Positions 18,982-29,255 are shown, numbered from the stretch's first letter. The stretch: 64,000 nt of DNA from Methanobacteriota archaeon (GCA_020696385.1 JAEHCQ010000002.1:160001-224000); one strand, 5' to 3'. The notes: a model not told the origin generated them from the sequence alone. Translations and numbers: made by a program.

Positions 18982-19287
18982 TCAGTATTCCCGCCAGCTG
19001 GCGGAGCACTTGACACACCGGTATATCCTGGTCTCTGGCTCATCAGAAGCACGTGTCTGTCTTAGCACGAAAAATGCCTCATTATGCCCACATTTTGGAC
19101 ATTCTGCCTTGGTTTTGGGCAGAGTGGCAGTGTCCTCGGTTATCACCATCATCTCTTTTTCTTCATGCATTTTGGTGACTATCTTGGTGCTGGCCTTTGA
19201 TTTACTCTTACCCGAGTAACCACATCTCTTGCATGTCAGCACACCTTCCATAGGGAACATCATTGATTTGCATTCTGGACAGAACAT
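18982..19287 (-). CDS. tfs: Transcription factor S (TFS)
   Basis: MFCPEC...CKRC; C-terminal CPKC...QTRASDEPET..YRC.KC...WREY. Confidence 0.95.
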   Translation of the reverse strand: MFCPECKSMMFPMEGVLTCKRCGYSGKSKSKASTKIVTKMHEEKEMMVITEDTATLPKTKAECPKCGHNEAFFVLRQTRASDEPETRIYRCVKCSASWREY

Positions 19288-19355
19288 ATTATCTCCACCT
19301 CATGTAGTGCTACCAAGAATAAAAAACTATTCCCCAATGGGATTGGTCTGGGAAT

Positions 19356-19593
19356 GGGTGTCCCTCGACATCGGAGTTCCCTGAGTAATAGGGTAGGAAC
19401 TCTAAAGCCAAGGTCTGAATGTAGAATAGGGGTGTCCCTCGACATCGGAGTTCCCTGAGTAATAGGGTAGGAACTCTAAAGCCAAGGTCTGAATGTAGAA
19501 TAGGGGTGTCCCTCGACATCGGAGTTCCCTGAGTAATAGGGTAGGAACTCTAATGCCAAGGTCTGAATGTAGAATAGGGGTGTCCCTCGACAT
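19356..19593. repeat. 74-bp tandem repeat, 3.2 units
   Basis: TCCCTCGACAT at 19361, 19435, 19509, 19583; internal stem GAGTTCC/GGAACTC. Confidence 0.95.
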
Positions 19594-19936
19594 TAACAGT
19601 TCGCTTCATGGCAAGCTTAGCTCTCTCCGCAACCTGACCCAGCCGAGGGATTGTTGGTTGCCTGGGTTGTCCTTCATTCATCCACAGACGACACGTCTTT
19701 GTTGTGAAGGGACCCTTTAAAGGCAATCTGCCCCTGCTTTGCTCCATAGATCACTGAATCACCATGGTCTTCTTGGCACGGACATAATTGTACATAGCGA
19801 CTGATGTGTCATAAGTCTTTCTATGAGATTGATAAACACCACTTACCAGAAAGGCATTTATACAGGAGGTCTATTTTCCACCCAATCTGAAATGACAGTC
19901 GTATCAGATACTGTCATCAGGATGGGAGACTATATT

Positions 19937-20521
19937 ATGTCTGATAATAAAAGTGAAGTTACATTAAATACAGCAGAGCCAGCAGCATTGGGTCTGTTCG
20001 GATTGGCATTGGTGACAATTGTCGCCGCTTCCCAGAAGATGGGATGGAGTGCGGGTTATGAAGGATTGATCCCATGGGTGATATTCCTGGGAGCCATCGC
20101 ACAGCTTATAACAGCCAGTGTGGAGTTCAAGAGATGCAATGTGTTTGGAGCAACGGTCTTCAGTGCCTATGGTCTGTTCTGGCTAGCAATTGGCTGGACC
20201 TGGCAAATGGGAGTTCCGAGTCCTGATCAATTAGGATTCGCCGTATTGGGATACCTGATCTTCAGCCTATTCACGACATACGCTGCTGGAGCCATTAACA
20301 AGTCGTTCCTGGTCATCATGATATTCATCGACCTGTTGCTGTTCTTCCTGCTGCTCCAGATATTCTTCGGACTTGACGGACGCCTTGCGGGAATCGCCGA
20401 GCTTGCAGTATCTGCCAGTGCTTTCTACACATCCGCAGCCGTCATGCTCAAGAGTGTGGCTGGCTTCGAGGTGCTTCCATTCGGAGCACCGGCCTGGAAG
20501 CTGAAGAAATTCGATCTGTAA
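19937..20521 (+). CDS. Acetate uptake transporter (GPR1/FUN34/YaaH/SatP family)
   Basis: AEPAALGLFGLA, NVFGATVFSAYGLFW; start re-placed at ATG 19937. Confidence 0.9.
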   Translation: MSDNKSEVTLNTAEPAALGLFGLALVTIVAASQKMGWSAGYEGLIPWVIFLGAIAQLITASVEFKRCNVFGATVFSAYGLFWLAIGWTWQMGVPSPDQLGFAVLGYLIFSLFTTYAAGAINKSFLVIMIFIDLLLFFLLLQIFFGLDGRLAGIAELAVSASAFYTSAAVMLKSVAGFEVLPFGAPAWKLKKFDL

Positions 20522-20552
20522 ATTAGTATATCACATATCGAAAAAACAATGT

Positions 20553-20605
20553 GAGCCAGCGGGTTAAAACCGCTGGCTCTCCCTTTTACCTTTTATTGTT
20601 TTATT
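20553..20605 (+). terminator. GC-rich hairpin plus T-rich tail
   Basis: GAGCCAGCGG/CCGCTGGCTC 10-bp stem then pyrimidine/T tract. Confidence 0.6.
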
Positions 20606-20654
20606 ATTAACGCATGAGCCTACTTGCTCGGTAAGTTGAATAATTAATGATAAT

Positions 20655-20861
20655 TCAATCTTTTTTGTTAATACCCTTCTCAATCTCTGCCGTCTGAGCC
20701 TTCACCCACATCACCGGCGCGATCATCTGAATGATCATAAGGAAAATAAGCTCCACAAAGACCTGGGGCCAATTATCCTGACCCATCAGGAGGCCTATAT
20801 GCACCCCGATGGGTGTCGCGAGAGCGTAGCATGCTCCAGTTACGAGAAGGTATTTGTTCAT
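20655..20861 (-). CDS. Small hypothetical membrane protein
   Basis: 68 aa, two hydrophobic helices, charged C-tail; fills intergenic gap. Confidence 0.55.
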   Translation of the reverse strand: MNKYLLVTGACYALATPIGVHIGLLMGQDNWPQVFVELIFLMIIQMIAPVMWVKAQTAEIEKGINKKD

Positions 20862-20975
20862 CGAGTGGGGGATTATGAACCCGGATATATAGTTTCTCGA
20901 ATTCAGGGAAAAATCCGTAATGTTAATTAGTCAAGGATACATTCCCGAAAAAATCAACAGAAAGGTTGGATTAAA

Positions 20976-22604
20976 ATGACATACGATCATGAAAAGACTT
21001 ACAATGAATGGAAATGGGACCTCCCAGATTCCTTCAATATGGGATACGACTGTGCTGACAAACACGTGGCTGCTGGTAATGGCGGTAGAACCGCCCTTAT
21101 CTACGAGGATGACAAGGGGAATGGTAAGACCTACACCTTCGCCCAGATGAAAGAGCTCAGCGACAAGTTCGGAAACATCCTGAGAGACCTGGGATTGGGC
21201 AAGGGCGATAGATTTCTAATTCGATTGCCCAATGTGCCAGAGTTCCAGATAGCTTTCCTGGGCGGGCTTAAGATCGGCGCAGTTCCAATACCTTCATCCT
21301 GCATGTTCAAGCCACATGAGGTGGAATACAGATTGGTAGATGCGAAGGCCAAGTTGGCCATAGCCGTACCCGAGTACATGGCGGCTATTGACGAGGTCAA
21401 GGGAAATTGTCCAGACCTGAAGAATATCATCACTGTTGGCGAGGCTACAGATGGTAAACTATCCTTCGAGGAACTGATGGAAAAAGCTTCACCAGACCTC
21501 GTGATGGAAGACACAAAATACGATGACATGGCCTTCTTCTGCTACACATCTGGAACCACCGGACCTCCAAAAGGAGCCGTGCACCTTCACAGATGGACCA
21601 TCGGAAACGACCCTAGCGCGATGTTCTGGAACCATTACCAGGAAGGGGACATATTGGGTCACACCGGGGACTTGAACTGGATATTCCCTCTGGGAAACGG
21701 CTTCCTGTACGCGTGGAGGCATGGTATGACCACCTTCATTTACAACGGCAGGTTCAGCCCGGAAGTGTGGTTCGACCTTATTCAGAAGCACAAGATCACC
21801 AACCTGGCTTCTGTTCCAACTTGCTACAGGATGTTCATGCAGCTGGAAGATTTTGATAAGAAATGGGATCTCTCATCCCTCAGGCACTGCATAAGTGCGG
21901 GCGAGCCTCTCAATCCCGAGGTTGTCACAGGTTGGAAAAAGATACTGGGTATCGATATTTTGGATGGAATAGGAATGACCGAGTGCATGGTGTATCTCTC
22001 CAATCAGAGGGATATGATGATCAAGCCAGGCTCTTGCGGCAAGCCACAACCAGGCCACAAATGCGCCATCGTTGATGAGAATGGAGTGCCACTTGGCCCA
22101 AGAACGGAAGGAACACTGGCCATCAGCGCTGATGATCCCGGACTTCTGAAGGAATACTGGAACAAGCCAGAGAAAACAGCCGAGGGTTTCAAGAACGGCT
22201 GGTTCCTGACTGGCGATACTCTTTACACCGACGAAGATGGATACTACTGGTTCGCCGGAAGAGGCGATGACCTGATCATGACAGCCGGATACCGAGTATC
22301 TCCATTCGATGTCGAGAGTGCGGTGAACAGCCACCCAGCAGTTTTAGAGTCCGCTGCGGTTGCTTCCCCTGATGAGATCCGCGGAGTTATCGTGAAATCA
22401 TTCATCATCCTTAACCCGGAATTCGAGGCAAGTGACGAGCTGGCCAATGAGATCCAAGCTCACACCAAGGCCATGATCGCGGCTTACGAGTACCCGCGAG
22501 TGATCGAGTTCGCCAAGGAGCTTCCAAAGACCCCGAGTGGAAAAACAAAGAGAAAGGTTCTCAGGGAAATGGAGAATGAGAAGTTCGCCAAAGCGAAACA
22601 ATGA
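20976..22604 (+). CDS. Acyl-CoA synthetase (AMP-forming)
   Basis: YTSGTTGPPKG, SAGEPL, GMTE, TGD, GRGDD, PKTPSGK. Confidence 0.95.
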   Translation: MTYDHEKTYNEWKWDLPDSFNMGYDCADKHVAAGNGGRTALIYEDDKGNGKTYTFAQMKELSDKFGNILRDLGLGKGDRFLIRLPNVPEFQIAFLGGLKIGAVPIPSSCMFKPHEVEYRLVDAKAKLAIAVPEYMAAIDEVKGNCPDLKNIITVGEATDGKLSFEELMEKASPDLVMEDTKYDDMAFFCYTSGTTGPPKGAVHLHRWTIGNDPSAMFWNHYQEGDILGHTGDLNWIFPLGNGFLYAWRHGMTTFIYNGRFSPEVWFDLIQKHKITNLASVPTCYRMFMQLEDFDKKWDLSSLRHCISAGEPLNPEVVTGWKKILGIDILDGIGMTECMVYLSNQRDMMIKPGSCGKPQPGHKCAIVDENGVPLGPRTEGTLAISADDPGLLKEYWNKPEKTAEGFKNGWFLTGDTLYTDEDGYYWFAGRGDDLIMTAGYRVSPFDVESAVNSHPAVLESAAVASPDEIRGVIVKSFIILNPEFEASDELANEIQAHTKAMIAAYEYPRVIEFAKELPKTPSGKTKRKVLREMENEKFAKAKQ

Positions 22605-22633
22605 TTCGATAATATTTTAAAAAAATAAAGGTG

Positions 22634-22670
22634 CCAGGCTGCCATCATAAGCAGCCTGGTCATTTTTTGT
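22634..22670 (+). terminator. Hairpin plus T-run between convergent genes
   Basis: CCAGGCTGC/GCAGCCTGG then TCATTTTTTG. Confidence 0.55.
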
Positions 22671-22689
22671 TAGAAATCAGGCCGTGCCT

Positions 22690-23673
22690 TCAGGCAATGC
22701 TCTCTTCTATTCCTTCTCCAAGTATCTGAAGTAATTCCTCGCCATAGGTAGCCGCCTTGACCTCCCCTATGCCGTATATTTCCTTCAGGCTTTCCAGAGT
22801 CTTTGGATTCCTGATGGCCAGATCCTCAATGGTCTTGTTCTGGAGCACGATGTACAGGGGAACGCCGATCTCATTGGATCTGAACTTCCTCCATTCTCTC
22901 AGCTTCTCGAACCTGCTGGATATCTCTGCCGCATCGGTGGCATTGTTGATGTGGCCAAGGCGAATATCCGCACCTGTTTCGAAATCCTCCAGTGTCTCAT
23001 CGCCTTTTGGTGTGATGGTGATGCACGGGTACTGCTGATCCTCTGGTATATCGAGATACTTCTCATCAATGAGCCAGTCTATCAGAATGAGTATTTCTTT
23101 CTGTGAAAGGCCACGAGCTACACCATATGATCGAAGCTCGTCAATGCCCATTGTCAACACACACCTGGATGTTGAGCCATTCAGGAGCCTGGCGAACCTC
23201 ACCCGGCCATACTGGCCGTTCATCTCACTGACCGATCTCAATATGGTCAGTGCCAGGCTGTCGATGTCCTGCTTTCCCGGTACTCCGCACATTCCGTGGA
23301 TCTCTTCAAATCTCAATGACAGGTATTGACCATCATCCGTGGAGGCTATGAGTTCTATCTCAGCATCCACCATGTTCCTAGACATGGATGTTTCAGCTCC
23401 AGCACCTATGTAGCATATGGGGCGGATACCCTGGCTGAGGTTCTGAACGATCACGCTACCATTGGGGCGGACCAGTGCCATCATCTCTCCAGCAAACTCC
23501 TTTGATACATCTTCATTATGATAGTCTCCCAAGGCGGACCCTATCACGACGATGGTCTGGAGATTGGTGCTGGATTCCGAGCTTTCATTCCTGATGCTCT
23601 GATCGGCGGATGTCGCTGTGTTCGTGTTCTCGTTCTCTTTGCTTGCGTTTGTGTTCTCTGTTTTGGTTTTCAT
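22690..23673 (-). CDS. NucS-N-like + RQC + HRDC domain protein
   Basis: Start ATG 23673 after GGTGA; 'GEMMALVRPNGSVIVQN..GIRPICY' resembles NucS N-domain; RQC 'ILRSV...YGRVRFARLLNGS...YPCITITPKG'; HRDC 'LREWR...VPLYIVLQNKTIEDLA..NPKT..L..IYGIGEVK...YGEELL'. Confidence 0.8.
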   Translation of the reverse strand: MKTKTENTNASKENENTNTATSADQSIRNESSESSTNLQTIVVIGSALGDYHNEDVSKEFAGEMMALVRPNGSVIVQNLSQGIRPICYIGAGAETSMSRNMVDAEIELIASTDDGQYLSLRFEEIHGMCGVPGKQDIDSLALTILRSVSEMNGQYGRVRFARLLNGSTSRCVLTMGIDELRSYGVARGLSQKEILILIDWLIDEKYLDIPEDQQYPCITITPKGDETLEDFETGADIRLGHINNATDAAEISSRFEKLREWRKFRSNEIGVPLYIVLQNKTIEDLAIRNPKTLESLKEIYGIGEVKAATYGEELLQILGEGIEESIA

Positions 23674-23908
23674 TTTATCACCATTTTTTTGTACTTCTGT
23701 TTCGAAGCTTGAGACCGAATCTGTGCCTGGAGTACTTAATAAAAGAGAATACAGCAATACTACATGTAGGAAAATTTGATGCTTATGACGGTAAAATATC
23801 ATGATTATAATGTAATTTAATGCAATGGTATGATGATATTATGATATGATGATATGATAATTAGCTATGATGAGATAACTATGTAAAAATTATAGGTTCG
23901 GGTCAGGT

Positions 23909-24619
23909 TCAATTATCGTCCCTGACACGCTCTTTGAGAAGCCTGAGCATTATCCTGGCCCCATCTGAGAATGAGTTCAGTTTGGTCTCGTTCGGGCGGC
24001 ATTTGTAGGCGATTGGTATTTCCACTACCTTGAAACCGTTCTTGATACACTTCGTGTACATCTCGGCCTCGATGTCGAAATTATCCGCATCCAGATCCAA
24101 ACTATCTATGACCTCTTCCTTGAATCCCCATAATCCAGTACACACATCGGATGCCTTGTGACCATTGGGGAATAGGAGATTGGCGGTAATGTTAATAGCA
24201 CGGTTGCCAACATAATTAAGTGTGGACATCGCACCTCTTTGAACTGAGCCATTTAGCCTGGAGCCAAGCACGACATCACATCCATTCTCAAGAAGAGGCA
24301 GCATCGTGAGTATCTCTTCTGGATTGTATGTGTCATCAGCATCCAGCATGAAAAGGAATCTTCCTTCGAAGCCTTCGAAGGCAGTTTGAACAGCATCTCC
24401 CTTTCCTTTTCCTTTTTGTTGTAAAAGTCTAGCACCCTTGGAGATTGCGATCTTCCCGGTATTGTCCGTGCTATTGCCATCGACCACGACGATATTCACA
24501 TCATAGCCTCTGGACTTTATCTGTTCTAAGGGAATCCTATCTATCACTGCTCCAATGGTTTCTGCCTCATTCAGGGCAGGTAATAGAATACATATTGTAT
24601 TGTCGTGCATATGTTCCAT
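23909..24619 (-). CDS. Glycosyltransferase family 2 (Dol-P-mannose synthase-like)
   Basis: LPALNEA, VVDGNSTD.T, GKG.A, DADDTY, GSR, F.IEAEM. Confidence 0.92.
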   Translation of the reverse strand: MEHMHDNTICILLPALNEAETIGAVIDRIPLEQIKSRGYDVNIVVVDGNSTDNTGKIAISKGARLLQQKGKGKGDAVQTAFEGFEGRFLFMLDADDTYNPEEILTMLPLLENGCDVVLGSRLNGSVQRGAMSTLNYVGNRAINITANLLFPNGHKASDVCTGLWGFKEEVIDSLDLDADNFDIEAEMYTKCIKNGFKVVEIPIAYKCRPNETKLNSFSDGARIMLRLLKERVRDDN

Positions 24620-24801
24620 CCCAATTTCCCCTAAATTGTGATAATATATAAATATATCTGCATTGTAATAACTGTTTAGCATTAAATAATCAAGAGATAT
24701 GGTGTAAAATTAATGTGGATTCAGTGTATGTTTTGTAGTTATCGAAAATAGATTGCCAAAAGTTTTATATATTGGGGTGCGTATGATGTAATATAAGGTT
24801 T

Positions 24802-24830
24802 ACAACAACAGGTTGCTAACCAAAGGTGAG
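24802..24830 (+). promoter_or_regulatory. Tandem heat-shock operator (CTAAC-N5-GTTAG-like)
   Basis: ACAAC-AACAG-GTTGC (24802-24816) and CTAAC-CAAAG-GTGAG (24816-24830) downstream of TTTATATA and overlapping the SD of the regulator. Confidence 0.65.
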
Positions 24831-24833
24831 TGA

Positions 24834-25514
24834 ATGGAAGAAATTGATCTTGATACGATACTGGCCATAGTCGGCAATCCCACACGTCGAAGTATTTTGA
24901 GAAAGCTGGCAAGAGAAACCCATTACCCACTCCAATTATCAAAGGAGCTCAATATCAGCCAACAAGCCATAATGAAGCATTTGAAAGTACTGGAAGATAA
25001 TGATCTTGTAATCTCCATCATGCAAAAAAGTGATGCTGGCCCGCCCAGAAAATTATACACATCCACGCGGCGCTTCTCCATAGTGATTGACATATCCCCA
25101 GGCATATTTAATGAAGAGATCCGGGTGTATGAAATAGTGGAGGAGAGAAAGACCCAGAAACCAGAAGCAGAGAATATGAGTGTGGAGGGGATTGCTGAAA
25201 AGCGGGAAGAATTGGTCGAACTAGCCACAGCAATTAATGAGATAAATCAAAAGATCGATGATCTTGAGCTTCAAAGACACGCCATGATGAATGAAAAAGA
25301 AGAATTCATGAAACGCGCGTACGAATTGATGGAAATGCTTTGCACTGGTTATGATGAGCGAAAAGTGCTCAGATACATTCTGGAAGAAGATAATATCTCG
25401 ATAGTGAAAATGAGTGAAAGATTGAACATGAGGGAGATGGACATCGAACGCATCATGAGAGGACTTGAAACTATGGGATTGCTTGAATTCCATAGAAAGA
25501 TCATATACATGTAA
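24834..25514 (+). CDS. ArsR-type HTH heat-shock regulator (HSR1/Phr-like)
   Basis: GNPTRRSILRKL...YPLQLSKEL.ISQQAIMKHL..LE...GPPRKLY, coiled coil; first gene of grpE-dnaK-dnaJ operon. Confidence 0.85.
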   Translation: MEEIDLDTILAIVGNPTRRSILRKLARETHYPLQLSKELNISQQAIMKHLKVLEDNDLVISIMQKSDAGPPRKLYTSTRRFSIVIDISPGIFNEEIRVYEIVEERKTQKPEAENMSVEGIAEKREELVELATAINEINQKIDDLELQRHAMMNEKEEFMKRAYELMEMLCTGYDERKVLRYILEEDNISIVKMSERLNMREMDIERIMRGLETMGLLEFHRKIIYM

Positions 25515-25531
25515 CTGGAGGATGATGGAAG

Positions 25532-26110
25532 ATGAAGAAGAAACAGAAAAATATCAAGGACGAGGCAGATATTGCCGAGGATGCTGTCATTGCTCCAGAG
25601 GTGGAGATAATGGCAGATGAGCCTATCGACACTGAGCCAGTGGTCATCAACTTTGAAGATAAATGGAAAAGGGCCTTGGCAGATCTTGACAATATGAGAA
25701 AGAGAAGCGACAGGGAAATGGAACACCTTAGAAAATTCGCTTCCGAGATCCTGATACTGGATATCATGCGATCCATAGAGGATATGGAACGAGCTATGAA
25801 CATATCCAAGTTGAAAAAACAGGACGGGGTCCAGGATGCTAAAGAAGAGCATCTGGACATGATCAAGGGCTTGGAGATGATATTGAAGGACATGAATAAC
25901 ACACTGGCAAAGAACGGTGTGACTGCGATTGAGACCGTGGGAGCAAGATTCGATCCCAATGTACATGAGGCATTGATGCAGGCTTGCACGGATTGTCTCG
26001 ATGATGATAATGTGGTCATCGAGGAATTACAAAGGGGCTACATGCTCCACGACAAGGTAATTAGATATGCAAAAGTAAAAGTTGCAAAATATGAAGAAGG
26101 AGGAAGTTGA
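25532..26110 (+). CDS. grpE: Nucleotide exchange factor GrpE
   Basis: [38 protein letters not shown]. Confidence 0.95.
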   Translation: MKKKQKNIKDEADIAEDAVIAPEVEIMADEPIDTEPVVINFEDKWKRALADLDNMRKRSDREMEHLRKFASEILILDIMRSIEDMERAMNISKLKKQDGVQDAKEEHLDMIKGLEMILKDMNNTLAKNGVTAIETVGARFDPNVHEALMQACTDCLDDDNVVIEELQRGYMLHDKVIRYAKVKVAKYEEGGS

Positions 26111-26162
26111 ATGAGCGAATCAAATTCGCGCATTCAAAATTCCGAAATGAAATGGAGGAATT
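26107..26162 (+). repeat. SD-carrying two-hairpin repeat family D, copy 1 (before dnaK)
   Basis: TTGAATGAGCGAAT..ATTCGCGCATTCAA + AATTCC..GGAGGAATT; homologous to 49122..49177 and 50825..50880. Confidence 0.85.
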
Positions 26163-26166
26163 AAAA

Positions 26167-28014
26167 ATGAGTAAAATAATAGGAATAGATCTGGGAACGA
26201 CAAACTCGGAGGCCGCTTTTTTGGAGGCCGGCAGACCAAAAATAATACCGAGTGCAGAGGGCAATACCTACGGTGGAAAGAACTTTCCATCCGTCGTGGC
26301 CTTCACCAAAGATGGTGAACGTCTGGTTGGAGAAGCAGCCAAAAGACAGGCTGTGCTGAATCCAGAAAGGACGATATCCAGAATTAAGAGAAAAATGGGC
26401 ACTGATTACAGTGTGTCCATTGATGGGAAGAGCTATTCTCCGCAGGAGATATCGGCCATGATACTTCAGAAGATCAAGCACGATGCCGAACAGTTCCTGG
26501 GCGAGGATGTGAAGCAGGTGGTCATCACGGTACCTGCTTATTACAATGACAATCAGAGACAGGCCACGAAAGATGCGGGAAAGATCGCGGGACTCGAGGT
26601 CCTCAGGATCATCAATGAACCAACCGCGGCAGCACTGGCCTATGGATTGGATAAGGTAGATAGCCAGAAGATCATCGTACTGGACCTGGGTGGCGGAACC
26701 TTCGATGTCACCATCATGGAGACTGGAGACGGTGTATTCGAGGTCATGTCCACCAGCGGAGATACGAAGCTGGGTGGCAGTGATATGGATGATGCCATTG
26801 TCCAATACCTTGTTGATGATTTCAAGGCAAAGGAGGGTATCGATGTCTCCAAGGATAAGGCCGTTATGCAGAGATTGAGAGATGCCGCCGAGCGTGGGAA
26901 GATGGAGCTGAGCAGTCAGAACTCCACCACCATCAGCCTTCCGTTCCTTTATTCAGATGATAGCGGACCAAAACATCTGGAGGTCAATATGAACAGGGCG
27001 AAGCTGGATGATCTCGTGATGCCAGTTGTCAAGAGATGTGAAAAACCAATAAGGAATGCTATCAAAGATGCGAAACTGGATTTCAAAGATATTGATAAGG
27101 TCATGCTTGTCGGAGGCCCGACAAGGATGCCAGTCGTTCGCCAATTCTTCGAGAAGATCATAGGAAAGAGTGCGGAGAGCGGTGTCGATCCTATGCAATG
27201 TGTGGCAATGGGAGCATCAATCCAGGCCGGAGTGATGGCCGGGGATGTCGAAGACATCGTTCTTCTCGATGTCACACCTCTATCCTTGGGTGTGGAAACT
27301 CTGGGAAGCGTCAGTACCAAGCTCATAGAGAGGAACACGACCATCCCGACAAGGAAGAGCCAGATCTTCTCCACAGCCGCGGATAATCAGACCAGCGTGG
27401 AGATCAATATCCTTCAAGGTGAAAGGGAAATGGCAATGGACAATATCTCACTTGGAAGGTTCCATCTGGTTGGAATTCCACCAGCACCCAGAGGTATACC
27501 TCAGATCGAGGTGGCTTTCGACATTGACGCCAATGGTATCGTCAATGTTTCTGCCAAGGATCTGGGAACTGGCAAGGAGCAGAAGATCACCATAACCGCG
27601 ACCACGAACCTTTCGGATGACGAGGTTGAAAGAAAGGTCCAGGATGCGGAGAAGTACGCGGAAGAGGACAAGGCCAAGCGCGAGGAGATCGACACTCTCA
27701 ATCAGGCTGACAGCATGGTGTACTCCACAGAGCGCACCCTGGAAGAACTGAAAGAGAAGATCAGCGATGAACAGAAGTCCCAGATCGAAGGAGAGCTGGA
27801 TGAACTGAAAAAGGCCATCGAGACCAAGGACACGCAGCAGATCAAGGATAAGCTGGATTCGCTTGGAAAAGCCCTCCATGAGGTCACAACGGCCATGTAC
27901 CAACAGGTCGCGCAGGAACAGGCCGCCCAACAGCAGGCGGAGGAAGGCGAAGCAGAGCCCGGGCCAGCTGGCGAAGGCGACTATGTAGATGCTGACTTCG
28001 AGGAAGTTGAGTGA
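26167..28014 (+). CDS. dnaK: Molecular chaperone DnaK (Hsp70)
   Basis: [35 protein letters not shown]; start at ATG 26167. Confidence 0.98.
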   Translation: MSKIIGIDLGTTNSEAAFLEAGRPKIIPSAEGNTYGGKNFPSVVAFTKDGERLVGEAAKRQAVLNPERTISRIKRKMGTDYSVSIDGKSYSPQEISAMILQKIKHDAEQFLGEDVKQVVITVPAYYNDNQRQATKDAGKIAGLEVLRIINEPTAAALAYGLDKVDSQKIIVLDLGGGTFDVTIMETGDGVFEVMSTSGDTKLGGSDMDDAIVQYLVDDFKAKEGIDVSKDKAVMQRLRDAAERGKMELSSQNSTTISLPFLYSDDSGPKHLEVNMNRAKLDDLVMPVVKRCEKPIRNAIKDAKLDFKDIDKVMLVGGPTRMPVVRQFFEKIIGKSAESGVDPMQCVAMGASIQAGVMAGDVEDIVLLDVTPLSLGVETLGSVSTKLIERNTTIPTRKSQIFSTAADNQTSVEINILQGEREMAMDNISLGRFHLVGIPPAPRGIPQIEVAFDIDANGIVNVSAKDLGTGKEQKITITATTNLSDDEVERKVQDAEKYAEEDKAKREEIDTLNQADSMVYSTERTLEELKEKISDEQKSQIEGELDELKKAIETKDTQQIKDKLDSLGKALHEVTTAMYQQVAQEQAAQQQAEEGEAEPGPAGEGDYVDADFEEVE

Positions 28015-28127
28015 GTGAAAATTGGAAGAAAATGGAATGGCATAGGCCATTCGGGGAATGGTCGAGTGCCATTCCCCTTTTATACTTCCACCATTTGACC
28101 AGTGAATGAGACCCTGGAGCTCGATAG

Positions 28128-29255
28128 ATGGCTGAAAAAAGAGACTATTACGAAGTCCTTGGCGTGGACAAGAAAGCAAGCAAGGAAGAGGTGAAGAAAG
28201 CCTACAGGACGCTTGCCAAGAAACATCATCCAGACCTGAATAAGGATGATCCAAAGGGCGCGGAGGAGAAGTTCAAAGAGGTCTCGGAAGCCTATGAAGT
28301 ACTGGCTGATGATGAAAAGAAGAATTTGTACGATTCATACGGCCATGCGGGAGTGTCAAATAACTTCGGTGGGGGCGGTGGAGGTGGCTTCAATTGGTCT
28401 GACTTCACCCATTACAATGATATCAGTGATATCTTCGGCGGGGGTGGAGGATCCATCTTCGACATGTTCTTCGGTGGAGGTGGCGGAGGTCGCCGTGCCA
28501 GAAGAAGTGGACCCACGCGCGGATCCGACCTCAGATATGATATCGAGATGAGCCTGGAATTGGCCGATGAGGGGATAGAGAAGGTCATCAATATACCTCG
28601 TAATGTCAAATGTGATAAGTGTAATGGAACAGGGGCTGCGGATGGAACCACACCCAATGCCTGTAACACATGCGGAGGCAGTGGCCAGGTCAAGAGCGTG
28701 CAGAGGCGGGGTTACAGCCAGTTCATATCCATAAATGCCTGTCCAGCTTGCCAGGGAAAAGGACAAGTTATCGAGAATCCATGCGATAAGTGCAATGGAG
28801 CTGGCAAATACCGGAAGACCGGGAAGATATCCATCAAGATTCCACCAGGTTCAGATACTGGAACAAGATTAAGACTGGCTGGTGAAGGCGAGGCAGGCTC
28901 AAGAGGCGGGCCACCCGGGGACCTTTACATAATAGTCCATGTCCTGCAACATGAGAAATTCGCCAGGGATGGGAGGCATCTTTACACAAAAGCTGAAATA
29001 AGCTATCCAGAGGCCGCACTGGGTGCGGAGATCGATATCCCCACACTGGATGGCAAGGCGAGTATGAAAGTACCTGCGGGAACACAGCCAGGTGCTATCC
29101 TTCGCTTGAGGGGAAAAGGTATCAATTCCCTTGGTGGGAGAGGAAGGGGAGACCTGCATGTGAAAATAAATGTGCAAGTTCCCAAGAAAATGTCCAGGGA
29201 TGAAAAGAGATTGTTGAAGGAACTGGACAAGCTGAAGAAGAAGGCAAGATCCTGA
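28128..29255 (+). CDS. dnaJ: Molecular chaperone DnaJ
   Basis: J domain with HPD, G/F linker, four CxxCxGxG repeats. Confidence 0.98.
   Translation: MAEKRDYYEVLGVDKKASKEEVKKAYRTLAKKHHPDLNKDDPKGAEEKFKEVSEAYEVLADDEKKNLYDSYGHAGVSNNFGGGGGGGFNWSDFTHYNDISDIFGGGGGSIFDMFFGGGGGGRRARRSGPTRGSDLRYDIEMSLELADEGIEKVINIPRNVKCDKCNGTGAADGTTPNACNTCGGSGQVKSVQRRGYSQFISINACPACQGKGQVIENPCDKCNGAGKYRKTGKISIKIPPGSDTGTRLRLAGEGEAGSRGGPPGDLYIIVHVLQHEKFARDGRHLYTKAEISYPEAALGAEIDIPTLDGKASMKVPAGTQPGAILRLRGKGINSLGGRGRGDLHVKINVQVPKKMSRDEKRLLKELDKLKKKARS

Noticed and set aside
19356-19593. CRISPR array
   Set aside because: Whole 74-bp units are identical, so there are no unique spacers; no cas genes in the window
19260-19747. 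Short ORFs 'MSRDTPILHSDLG...' as real genes
   Set aside because: They are translations of the 74-bp tandem repeat in shifting frames
19594-19822. SRP RNA or RNase P RNA
   Set aside because: Lacks the SRP helix-8 GNRA/AGCAG motif and the RNase P GAGGAAAGUCC and ACAGAA elements on either strand
23674-23802. N-terminal extension of the RQC/HRDC protein
   Set aside because: SD GGTGA precedes ATG 23673; upstream region is AT-rich promoter-like sequence
23821-23880. ATGAT-rich low-complexity tract as a regulatory array
   Set aside because: Short, irregular and AT-rich; cannot be distinguished from slippage
26107-26166. 20-aa N-terminal extension of DnaK from the ORF track
   Set aside because: This stretch is repeat family D; SD GGAGG precedes ATG 26167 and [10 protein letters not shown] is the normal start
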